A stretch of DNA of 7,651 bases from a virus, in the UHGV virus genome UHGV-0363594; one strand, given 5' to 3'. The position numbers and the translations under genes are program-made. The notes below the pieces were generated by a model. It was given only the letters and a program-made list of their open reading frames with translations, was not told the origin of the DNA and did no database searches. Positions 1-6,529 of the stretch are shown piece after piece. Numbering within the stretch: the stretch's first letter is position 1; every line of letters begins with the position of its first letter.

Positions 1-90
1 TTTTCACTATTTATGAAAATTTTCCGGGATCCATGTCCGGTTTCTCTGCAAGTTAACCATATGAAAAATATAAAAACATGCTTTCTATGA

Positions 91-167
91 ACCGGACATG
101 CGCAAAAAACAGACACTAAAACCGGACATCGTACCCGTTAACCGGAAGTGTGCAAAAATCACACGCA
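91..167. repeat. Imperfect direct repeats of a ~27-bp unit (AACCGGACATGCGCAAAAAACAGACAC at 91-117; AACCGGAAGTGTGCAAAAATCACACGC at 141-167), a partial third copy AACCGGACATC at 121-131, and an inverted core CATGTCCGG at 32-40
   Basis: Direct inspection: the two long copies match at about 21 of 27 positions; the core CCGGA(C/A)(A/G)T recurs four times within 140 bp in a non-coding stretch. Confidence 0.6.
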
Positions 168-550
168 TTGCTGCGCGTGATTAACAATTTATCGGCTTTA
201 CTGTTCTGTATAGGCTGGGTGGCGTCATGCCGTAGCCGTTCTCCGTGCCAGCATGGAATAATCCGTAGTTACAGAGCGGTAAAGTTAAAAATCACTTTCT
301 GTTACGCCATCAAATACGCGATACAACAACCATGTGTTTTTACAAAACCATTTGATATCATTGAATTTTTTCACATTAATGACATCAAAATACATCGTAA
401 GGTTGTTGTATTTATTTTATTTTTACCTTACTTATCAATTAGATATACCAAACAATTAAACAACAACCACCCCCTCAAAAAATCTCATAAATAGCGAAAA
501 ACCGCGAGGTCGCCGCCCCGTAACGGGTCCATATGCCGGAAAGGACCCGT

Positions 551-574
551 AAAAAAAAGCCGGATTTCTCCGGC
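551..574 (-). terminator. Rho-independent terminator of the capsid operon (minus strand)
   Basis: GC-rich hairpin GCCGGA-gaaa-TCCGGC (plus 559-574) followed on the minus strand by a run of 8 T (plus A-run 551-558), 7 bp after the stop of the 581..994 ORF. Confidence 0.75.
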
Positions 575-580
575 CTTGTC

Positions 581-994
581 TCAGATGGTTTTCAGTATGC
601 GATCGATGTCGCCGTCATCGCCCTGGTTTCTGCCATCGTATGCCATGCCAGCTGATACGGCTTGCGGGCTGTGCATGTCCATAAAGTTTTCAAAGGCTGC
701 GGTAAGCTCTGGTGCAACCTTTGGGCGCTCCTGCTCTATGGTCATGTTCAGGATTTCACGAGCATTATCGACGCTAATACATGGCACGTTTGCCATTGCA
801 CGTAACAGCGGCTGATAGTCTTTATGCTCATGAAGCGCCATAATCGCATCAGCGCGCGGCTTGTCCTGTTCTTCCAGTTTGTTGAGTTGATATACGGCCT
901 CGTAGGTTGATAAACCTCTGTCAGCCATTGCCCGCGCTTCTGCTTTAAATTTACTCGCCAGCGGTAGCGCCATGATGCTTTCATTCGTTGCCAT
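581..994 (-). CDS. Hypothetical protein (137 aa), last gene of the capsid operon; acidic C-terminus
   Basis: ORF with a G-rich Shine-Dalgarno (AGGGGAA, 5-nt spacer) immediately after the stop of the decoration-protein gene; followed by an intrinsic terminator. No family recognised by eye. Confidence 0.6.
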   Translation of the reverse strand: MATNESIMALPLASKFKAEARAMADRGLSTYEAVYQLNKLEEQDKPRADAIMALHEHKDYQPLLRAMANVPCISVDNAREILNMTIEQERPKVAPELTAAFENFMDMHSPQAVSAGMAYDGRNQGDDGDIDRILKTI

Positions 995-1006
995 CGTTTC
1001 CCCTGC

Positions 1007-1342
1007 TTATCGCGCCAGCGGCTGAACGGATACGCCAGAACCCGCAAAGGCGGCGCATTTTTTCGCGTCAGTGTCGGCGCTCTCAGGCCAGTTAACGGCG
1101 GCAATATTGAATATCCCCGTCTTGTAACACTGTGCTGATTTCTGCTTTGACGTGTCCACAGGATACGAAGTCAGATAAACAGCCTTGCCAGATTCCTGAC
1201 CATCCCACGGCTTAAACTCGCCATTGTCCGCCAGCATCAGCGGGGTAAATTCCTGAATAACGCCAGCATCAGCGGCAAAATGTACCAGCGTCGTGGCGAC
1301 CTGCTGACTGCCTGCAAATAACTCAATGTATGGAGTGTCCAT
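1007..1342 (-). CDS. Head decoration protein, phage lambda gpD-like (111 aa)
   Basis: Length and sequence resemble lambda gpD as I recall it: TPLMLADNGEFKPWDG vs TPLMLDTSSRKLVAWDG, and a C-terminal block CYKTGIF..VNWPE..D.D.KK.AAFAGSGVSV vs FYKSGTF..VLWPE..D..KKRTAFAGTAISIV. SD GGGGGA 5 nt before the ATG. Confidence 0.85.
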   Translation of the reverse strand: MDTPYIELFAGSQQVATTLVHFAADAGVIQEFTPLMLADNGEFKPWDGQESGKAVYLTSYPVDTSKQKSAQCYKTGIFNIAAVNWPESADTDAKKCAAFAGSGVSVQPLAR

Positions 1343-1353
1343 AGAATCCCCCG

Positions 1354-2409
1354 TTAAGCAATTTTGACAGTAACAAATTTGCGAATATCTGCCGGAACCG
1401 GCTGCGGTGCGCTGTGCGTCTGCACGTACTCAATCGCCGGATCTCCGTCCTCAATCCAGTTTTTCGGGTAGTACATGTTTTGCGTTGCCCCCGTTCTTAC
1501 TGCGTCCTGATCCATAATCGCACCATAGGCCACCAGCCCTTTATTGTTGGTGTTGCCCAGGACAAGCAAATCAGGCTCAAGGAAATATTTTTCTGTGCCG
1601 TCGCTGTCAGTGTATTTGCCGGAATAGACGATAAGGGCCAGATCACCAAGATAGCCTTTAAAGCTCACCACTTCGCCCAGGTTTTTACATGCCAGCTCTG
1701 CGGCGGATTCTGAACCACGGGAGAGATCGTACAGTTCACGGAATTTTTTAAAGCTGCGTAACATGCGCCATACATCAACGCCCATAATCATGACGTTTGC
1801 GGGGCAACCTGTCTGATCTGCGTATAGCTCGATGTCATAGATTGGATCGTGTGTTTCCTTATCTGCCTCTGACCACTTTTTGCCATGTCCCTGTCTGGCG
1901 ATATTTTTACTTGGGATCTTCCAGTCGATTTCATAGCGTTCTATGCCTTCGCCCTCAATGATGTTTTTTCCGGTCGTTATCGCATTCACCGCCAGCCATT
2001 CCACGCGCGCTTTAATGGCGTTTATCTGGCGGCGCATGTTGCCAGTAATCAGGCGCATACGGCGGTAGGTAGGGTCGTTAAGCTGTGCCGGATCTTCTCC
2101 AGCCATGCGCATTATTGTTTTTAATGGATCGATTTCGTGTTTTGGCTTCATGTAGCCAGGGCGAATAATGCTTGTTTCGTACCCTTTATCGCGCTGAACC
2201 TGGCTACCAACCATAGGCGAACAAAACGCCGACATAGTGACTTCTTCAATATCCAGGTTATCTAACATGATGTCCTGTGTGTTGAATGTCGCCACGTTCG
2301 GGAAAAACAGCGCGGTAAACAGCGGACTGAATTTAAATTCCGCAATATCCTCGCGATTCAGGTACGCAAAAAGCTGGTTAGTGTTAAGTGCTATTGCTTT
2401 TACTGTCAT
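1354..2409 (-). CDS. Major capsid protein, phage lambda gpE family (351 aa)
   Basis: Strong similarity along the whole length to lambda gpE as recalled (e.g. KFSPLFTALFF vs KFDPLFLRLFF; PGYMKPKHE vs PGYVKPKHE; EDPAQLNDPTYRRMR vs EDPQNLADPAYRRRR; YPKNWIEDGDPA vs YPKNWVTTGDPA). SD GGGGGTG upstream; the start overlaps the stop of the upstream small ORF. Confidence 0.9.
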   Translation of the reverse strand: MTVKAIALNTNQLFAYLNREDIAEFKFSPLFTALFFPNVATFNTQDIMLDNLDIEEVTMSAFCSPMVGSQVQRDKGYETSIIRPGYMKPKHEIDPLKTIMRMAGEDPAQLNDPTYRRMRLITGNMRRQINAIKARVEWLAVNAITTGKNIIEGEGIERYEIDWKIPSKNIARQGHGKKWSEADKETHDPIYDIELYADQTGCPANVMIMGVDVWRMLRSFKKFRELYDLSRGSESAAELACKNLGEVVSFKGYLGDLALIVYSGKYTDSDGTEKYFLEPDLLVLGNTNNKGLVAYGAIMDQDAVRTGATQNMYYPKNWIEDGDPAIEYVQTHSAPQPVPADIRKFVTVKIA

Positions 2410-2615
2410 TATTCACCCCCGTGAACCTGATTCATACCCAGCGCCGCGCGTAAATAGGCGCGTACCTGCCAGCCTGTTGACGGCTCAACCATCGCCAGCG
2501 GATCAAGTCCTGCCGCAATGCCTGCTTTTACGTTCTGCTGGTGGCGTTCCTTGAGCGCCTTCACGATGTCGGGGCTTATGTACACCGAAACACCGCCTTT
2601 TTTCTCTTCAGCCAT
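2409..2615 (-). CDS. Hypothetical small protein (68 aa), first gene of the capsid operon
   Basis: ORF begins 30-60 bp downstream of the promoter/palindrome; SD AAGAGGAA upstream; its stop overlaps the capsid gene start, suggesting translational coupling. Function unknown. Confidence 0.55.
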   Translation of the reverse strand: MAEEKKGGVSVYISPDIVKALKERHQQNVKAGIAAGLDPLAMVEPSTGWQVRAYLRAALGMNQVHGGE

Positions 2616-2642
2616 AGTAAGAAATTCCTCTTTGACTTAAAA

Positions 2643-2699
2643 AATCATAACTGGATGTTCATCCAGTTATGATTATAATCATGATTGCATTTTGTGCAA
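2643..2699 (-). promoter_or_regulatory. Candidate sigma70 promoter of the capsid operon with an overlapping 32-bp palindromic operator
   Basis: On the minus strand: -35 TTGCAC (plus 2694-2699), 16-nt spacer, -10 TATAAT (plus 2672-2677). The palindrome AATCATAACTGGAT-GTTC-ATCCAGTTATGATT (2643-2674, 14-bp perfect arms) spans the -10 and the predicted transcription start. A second small inverted repeat TTGCA-TTTTG-TGCAA (2686-2700) overlaps the -35. Confidence 0.5.
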
Positions 2700-2780
2700 T
2701 GATATTGAGTTGCGTTGCAAATTATGAAATGATTATCCCGATCATGTGTGTCAGTGCACCAAAAAAAACCTCATATGCAA

Positions 2781-2819
2781 AAGCCCGATAAGCCCCCTCT
2801 GACCTTATCGGGCTTTTTT
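2781..2819 (+). terminator. Intrinsic terminator-like hairpin with T-run, strongest on the plus strand (possibly bidirectional)
   Basis: Stem GCCCGATAAG (2783-2792) / CTTATCGGGC (2804-2813), 11-nt loop, followed by TTTTTT (2814-2819). Four A precede the stem, so a weak minus-strand terminator is also possible. No protein-coding gene on the plus strand ends upstream of it. Confidence 0.5.
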
Positions 2820-2994
2820 ATCTGCCTGCAAAGATGTCGAACAAAAATTAACCACAATCATCATCTTTTTTGCATCAAAATAATTAAAAACAATCACTTA
2901 CGCACATGATGATGATGACGATAAAATCAAAAAAATGCGCTTCTTTCCGCGCCTCCCGCCCCGTGTTCAGGCCCACCCCGCCAGGAGGACCCGT

Positions 2995-3016
2995 AAAAAA
3001 GCCGGATTGCTCCGGC
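2995..3016 (-). terminator. Rho-independent terminator after ssb (minus strand)
   Basis: Hairpin GCCGGA-gcaa-TCCGGC (plus 3001-3016) followed on the minus strand by 6 T (plus A-run 2995-3000), 17 bp downstream of the ssb stop. Nearly identical to the terminator at 551-574. Confidence 0.75.
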
Positions 3017-3032
3017 TTCTGTCACTCGTTGC

Positions 3033-3455
3033 TTAAAACGGTATGTTATCCCCGTACGGATCATCGTTACCCGCCTGTTGTTTTGCCCTGTTCAGTGCGT
3101 CAGTAGCCTGGCCCTGCTGGCCTTTTTTACCACCTGGTCGCGCCGTTCTGGCACTGATTACGCTGTCAGCGATAACCTGCCACCCCTGCCGCGTTTCTCC
3201 GTTCTGCCCAGTCCACTGGCTGATCTGCATGTTACCCGCCACGCTCAGGAGTTCACCCTTGCGGTGCCTTTCCAGTGCTTCGGCCTGTCTGCCAAATGCG
3301 ATGACCGATAGCCATAACGTCGCCTGCCCATCCTGCGCCTGACTACATGGCAACGATACCGCCATACGTGCCAGCGTCATTGGTGTGCCCTTGCTGGTCT
3401 GTTTTACCTGCGGGTCGTCCACCAGCCGCCCGTAAGCTGCTATCTGTGCTGTCAT
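3033..3455 (-). CDS. ssb: Single-stranded DNA-binding protein (SSB), 140 aa
   Basis: The N-terminal two-thirds has an OB-fold SSB pattern (GRLVDDPQV...; W..VIAFGRQAE.....KG). A Gly/Gln-rich linker is followed by an acidic tail ending DDPYGDNIPF, matching the canonical SSB C-terminus (...DDDIPF). Strong SD GGAGAGGTGG. Confidence 0.9.
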   Translation of the reverse strand: MTAQIAAYGRLVDDPQVKQTSKGTPMTLARMAVSLPCSQAQDGQATLWLSVIAFGRQAEALERHRKGELLSVAGNMQISQWTGQNGETRQGWQVIADSVISARTARPGGKKGQQGQATDALNRAKQQAGNDDPYGDNIPF

Positions 3456-3730
3456 GATTCCACCTCTCCGGTTTTAACGTTGATGGTTGTTACCTGTTCC
3501 GCTTCGGCAATCTCCCGCTCTGTCAGCGTGGCAAAATTTGCCGCCGTCGTGGTCATGAATGCGCTTATCAGTTCGGGATGTGCTTTCGCGTATCCTTCCC
3601 CCGCGTGGCGGTCTATCGTTCTGATTGCCACCTTTAAAGCGTGCTCTGTCATGTCTAACGCGCGATATTTCGGTTCTGTTCTGTCTCTGCGTTTTTTGAG
3701 TGATTTGTTAAATCTTCCTGATGTGTGCAT
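3452..3730 (-). CDS. Hypothetical protein (92 aa) translationally coupled to ssb
   Basis: ORF whose stop overlaps the ssb start (ATGA); SD-like GAGGGT upstream of the 3730 start. Basic N-terminus. No family recognised. Confidence 0.5.
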   Translation of the reverse strand: MHTSGRFNKSLKKRRDRTEPKYRALDMTEHALKVAIRTIDRHAGEGYAKAHPELISAFMTTTAANFATLTEREIAEAEQVTTINVKTGEVES

Positions 3731-3775
3731 TTTTATTTTTACCCTCGTGTTTAAAAAGTTTTAGGTTGTGGTGCA

Positions 3776-4004
3776 CCTCCTCTACCTCTCTACCTAATCA
3801 TCTTTCATGTCAGTAATGGCGCGGCTTTCAGATGGGTAGAGGGCTTTCGTGGCCCTCTACCCATCCTCTACCCGCCCCTCACAAACGATCTTAATCATGG
3901 TAGAAGAGGTAGAGAGGTTTTATTAGCCTTCTACCTAGCCCTCTACCCACTTATCATGTTGAATAATATGCGTTTATTTCATTCAGGTAGATGGGGTAGA
4001 GGGC
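3776..4004. repeat. Iteron array, putative origin of replication: at least 10 copies of the core GGTAGAG / CTCTACC in both orientations, flanked by AT-rich stretches
   Basis: Copies at about 3779-3786, 3787-3794, 3834-3844, 3852-3862, 3864-3873, 3899-3909, 3908-3917, 3927-3936, 3938-3948, 3986-3994 and 3994-4004. Includes a perfect inverted pair GGGTAGAGGGC-tttcgtg-GCCCTCTACCC (3834-3862). AT-rich tracts at 3751-3765, 3955-3984 and 4005-4025. No plausible ORF. Lies directly 3' of the primase/helicase gene. Confidence 0.6.
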
Positions 4005-4016
4005 TTTTACAAAAAA

Positions 4017-5771
4017 TTATAAAAACGCGTCACAATCATCAGTTGTAATTGCGTTGGTCTGCGTTACTCCCTTAACTCTCCGCGTAATATATTCATGTCC
4101 GTAAACTTTTGCCGCTGGCTTCATGGCCTTGCTGAACTCAGCCACGTTTAGCGGTTTGCTCCTGCCTGCGTATGCCATAAACGCCAGATAGACGCGGTAA
4201 AGGCTGTTTCTGGTCGTGTACTTCACTGAATCGCCACCGCCGCCCATCATCAGGCCGCGTGCTTCCTCCAGAAAATTCAGGAACTGGCAAAACTCAATAA
4301 CCGGATCCGTCTGTTGCTTTATTGCCAGAGCTTCATCACCGTCGCGCTGTTCCAGTAATAAAGCCCGTGCCTTTTCAGGGTCGGCAAAATTAGCCAGCAA
4401 GCGACGGATAATTACGGGGATTTCAGCCGCGACCTTCTCCGGCAAATCCTTGTCTTTTTCGTCCTCCCTTACAATGTTGTCGAACCGGAAAATCACCCGA
4501 CGGCGTGACACACCTCCGGCCCGCTCGGTGAATATCATCGGGTTATTGTTGGTAGCCAGCACCACCGCCCTGATTACCGCCGTAAAACGCTTCTCATATT
4601 TCGGGTTTATTTCCACGGGGTCGCCGCCCGTGATTTTCTTGATGCCCGTTCCTTCGCCTGTATATTTCGGCTGGTCAGCCAGGACGATAAGACGACTCCC
4701 GACAACCTGCGCACGTCCACCAGCATCATCAAGTGAGGTCATTTCAGCGCTTACCGTGTTCTGTTTCCCTGCCAGAAGGCTGGCTATGTGCGTGAATGTA
4801 CTTTTACCGCTACCGCCCTCTCCGGTGGCCTCAATAAACATCTGCCAGTCGTACCGGTTCGCCATAATCATGTACAGCGCGGCACATATACGCATCATCT
4901 TGCGCGGGTCTTTTCCGGCTGCGTGCTCAAGCCATTTATGAAAGTTTGGCGCGTTGTCGCAGATATTCTCCCCTGGTGCTGGTGGCGTGTACTCAATGCC
5001 GTTGTGCGTGGTGATCCAGTTCTCCGGCGTGTGCGGGGAAAATTCCCCCGTTTTCAGGTCAAGCGCACCATTGGCGAACGGCAACAAATCGCCGGACGGC
5101 TCGCCCATTGGTTCGGCAATAACTTTTAACGCTTCCACGGCGTTATTGATTACGCGCTTGCTGAAAGTGGCCCTGTGCTCTGAATAGATCGCCACCATTT
5201 CGCGGCTAAGTTCCATTGTGCTGACCGGACACCATACCCCGCCGCGCCATACGTGAACGATTTCACTTTCAGGATGTACGCAAACGCCATCAAAGCGATC
5301 GGCAAGCAGCTGCGCGCGCTCACTGTCCGCCATCTGCGAAAGTTGCGCCTTTTGCTTTACCGGAAGCTCAATGACCAGACCATCAGAAAGATTCTGGCGC
5401 TCACGGGCCAGATATTCGCGCCAGTTCTGCACCTCCTGGCCGTGCATACCATCAGGATAAAAATTTGCATCCTGTACGCCTGCCGCCGCCAGCTTCTGAC
5501 CAATCGCCTTTATCATTACAGGCGCAAGATATCCGGCCCTGTATATGCGTGCTGATTTTCGGCCTTCCGGCACAATTTGCAGATTATCCAGTTCGGATAG
5601 CTGCTGCTCCCCAAGCCACACAGGAGGCTCATTATCTCCGGCCATACGCGCATCATGTTCCTGCCATTGTTTCGCGTGTGCCCAGGCATCACTACCCGCA
5701 AAAATAATGACTTCTGTTCCTTTGTGTTTTATGCCGCGTGACTGCTGTTTTACGTTCGGTGCCAGTTTCAT
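4017..5771 (-). CDS. DNA primase/helicase (584 aa), phage/plasmid P4-alpha / D5-like type with SF3 helicase domain
   Basis: Walker-A P-loop GEGGSGKST in the C-terminal half, with downstream hydrophobic strand and acidic motif (LIVLADQP) typical of D5/P4-type primase-helicases. The N-terminal segment TEVIIFAGSD may be TOPRIM-like (tentative). Start overlaps the stop of the upstream ORF (ATGA). Confidence 0.85.
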   Translation of the reverse strand: MKLAPNVKQQSRGIKHKGTEVIIFAGSDAWAHAKQWQEHDARMAGDNEPPVWLGEQQLSELDNLQIVPEGRKSARIYRAGYLAPVMIKAIGQKLAAAGVQDANFYPDGMHGQEVQNWREYLARERQNLSDGLVIELPVKQKAQLSQMADSERAQLLADRFDGVCVHPESEIVHVWRGGVWCPVSTMELSREMVAIYSEHRATFSKRVINNAVEALKVIAEPMGEPSGDLLPFANGALDLKTGEFSPHTPENWITTHNGIEYTPPAPGENICDNAPNFHKWLEHAAGKDPRKMMRICAALYMIMANRYDWQMFIEATGEGGSGKSTFTHIASLLAGKQNTVSAEMTSLDDAGGRAQVVGSRLIVLADQPKYTGEGTGIKKITGGDPVEINPKYEKRFTAVIRAVVLATNNNPMIFTERAGGVSRRRVIFRFDNIVREDEKDKDLPEKVAAEIPVIIRRLLANFADPEKARALLLEQRDGDEALAIKQQTDPVIEFCQFLNFLEEARGLMMGGGGDSVKYTTRNSLYRVYLAFMAYAGRSKPLNVAEFSKAMKPAAKVYGHEYITRRVKGVTQTNAITTDDCDAFL

Positions 5772-6067
5772 TTTTTACCCCTGAATGCGTTAATCATGTT
5801 TTTCATTTTCTGAATATTTGCCCGTGCCTTTGCGTTGCTGGTGGGCACGTTATGCGGCGCGGTCTGTACCAGAGAAAAATCACGCCGGAACTGATAAACA
5901 GGCATCACGCAATCATATTCGTAACCTTCACGGCGGTAGGTTACGCGCCGTTCTTCCACGCCCTTAATCATTACCGTGCCGCCGTACTGGTCGCGGTAAA
6001 TATCACCGCGCGTAAATTTAGGGTGAGTGTTGCCACTGGCAGTTAAGCCAGAATATTTAAGTTTCAT
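5768..6067 (-). CDS. Hypothetical protein (99 aa), translationally coupled to the primase/helicase
   Basis: ORF directly upstream of the primase with ATGA stop/start overlap; basic, Tyr/Arg-rich. No family recognised. Confidence 0.5.
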   Translation of the reverse strand: MKLKYSGLTASGNTHPKFTRGDIYRDQYGGTVMIKGVEERRVTYRREGYEYDCVMPVYQFRRDFSLVQTAPHNVPTSNAKARANIQKMKNMINAFRGKK

Positions 6068-6072
6068 TATTT

Positions 6073-6306
6073 TTATTCTCCGGTGTGCTGTTCGTTATAT
6101 CTGTCGTGCAATGTCTCTATTTCCTGCAACTCATTTATTACAGGCTCAAGAAGCGTTATTAATGCCGTGGCAATTCTTGATTTTTGTTTGTCGCGTTCAT
6201 TGTCGCCAAGTGTTTCAAGCCATATGCGCAATATTTCCAGCATGTTTTCACTGTGAGAAAGTGCAAGAGATGCGTGGCCTATTGTTTCAAGGTAAATATC
6301 ACGCAT
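6073..6306 (-). CDS. Hypothetical protein (77 aa)
   Basis: ORF whose ATG lies 1 nt after the stop of the upstream ORF (TAA-T-ATG); acidic, predicted helical composition. No family recognised. Confidence 0.5.
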   Translation of the reverse strand: MRDIYLETIGHASLALSHSENMLEILRIWLETLGDNERDKQKSRIATALITLLEPVINELQEIETLHDRYNEQHTGE

Positions 6307-6307
6307 A

Positions 6308-6529
6308 TTAATCCCCGTCCGTCGTTTTTCTTAAAACAACTTCTGTCACGAAATCAGCATAGTTAGCGGCAATATCAAGAATATTTAGCCCTGTATCCCT
6401 GTGCTCATCAGTGCAAAGAAAGAAAAAAGCCACCCGCATAATTTCAGATATTGACGAAAGCGCATCAGCCGCATCATCAGGAAAGCCGGAAAATTCCTGT
6501 TTCAGGGAATTAAAACGATCATCACGCAT
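6308..6529 (-). CDS. Hypothetical protein (73 aa with the start chosen here; the ORF extends to 6577)
   Basis: I prefer the internal start at 6529 (MRDDRF...): it is preceded by a G7 Shine-Dalgarno-like run and overlaps the upstream stop by only 8 bp. The 6577 start lacks an SD and would overlap the upstream gene by 56 bp. Confidence 0.45.
   Translation of the reverse strand: MRDDRFNSLKQEFSGFPDDAADALSSISEIMRVAFFFLCTDEHRDTGLNILDIAANYADFVTEVVLRKTTDGD

Noticed and set aside
150-494. 114-aa plus-strand ORF in the left AT-rich region
   Set aside because: The translation is dominated by Ile/Phe/Lys/Asn, as expected for a random frame in AT-rich DNA. There is no convincing start or ribosome-binding site, and it overlaps the direct-repeat array. 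More likely non-coding regulatory or boundary DNA.
2729-2791. 20-codon plus-strand ORF (MIIPIMCVSAPKKTSYAKAR) ending inside the orphan terminator stem
   Set aside because: It has no Shine-Dalgarno sequence and its stop lies inside the hairpin. I cannot distinguish a real micropeptide from chance. A non-coding RNA explanation is treated as more likely and is reported as a finding instead.
2906-3106. 66-aa plus-strand ORF starting MMMMTIKSKK
   Set aside because: It starts in an ATGATGATGATG simple repeat, runs through the ssb terminator hairpin and into the antisense of the ssb 3' end. No SD was seen. Likely spurious.
3043-3342. Plus-strand ORFs of 99 aa and 77 aa (3078-3311) overlapping ssb
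   Set aside because: They are antisense to a confidently identified SSB gene, and their translations are Cys/Pro/Ser/Leu-rich and low-complexity.
3776-4004. Possibility that the GGTAGAGGG repeat cluster is a CRISPR array
   Set aside because: The repeats are only 8-11 bp, occur in both orientations with irregular spacing, and have no uniform spacers of 25-40 bp. This fits iterons, not CRISPR.
4216-4941. 241-aa plus-strand ORF, along with other plus-strand ORFs at 4788-5129, 4954-5187, 5253-5555, 5465-5707 and 5545-5784
   Set aside because: All lie antisense within the primase/helicase gene, which has clear Walker-A and family-level features. Their translations are low-complexity and Ser/Arg/Pro-rich, typical of antisense frames in GC-balanced coding DNA. 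No ribosome-binding sites were noted.
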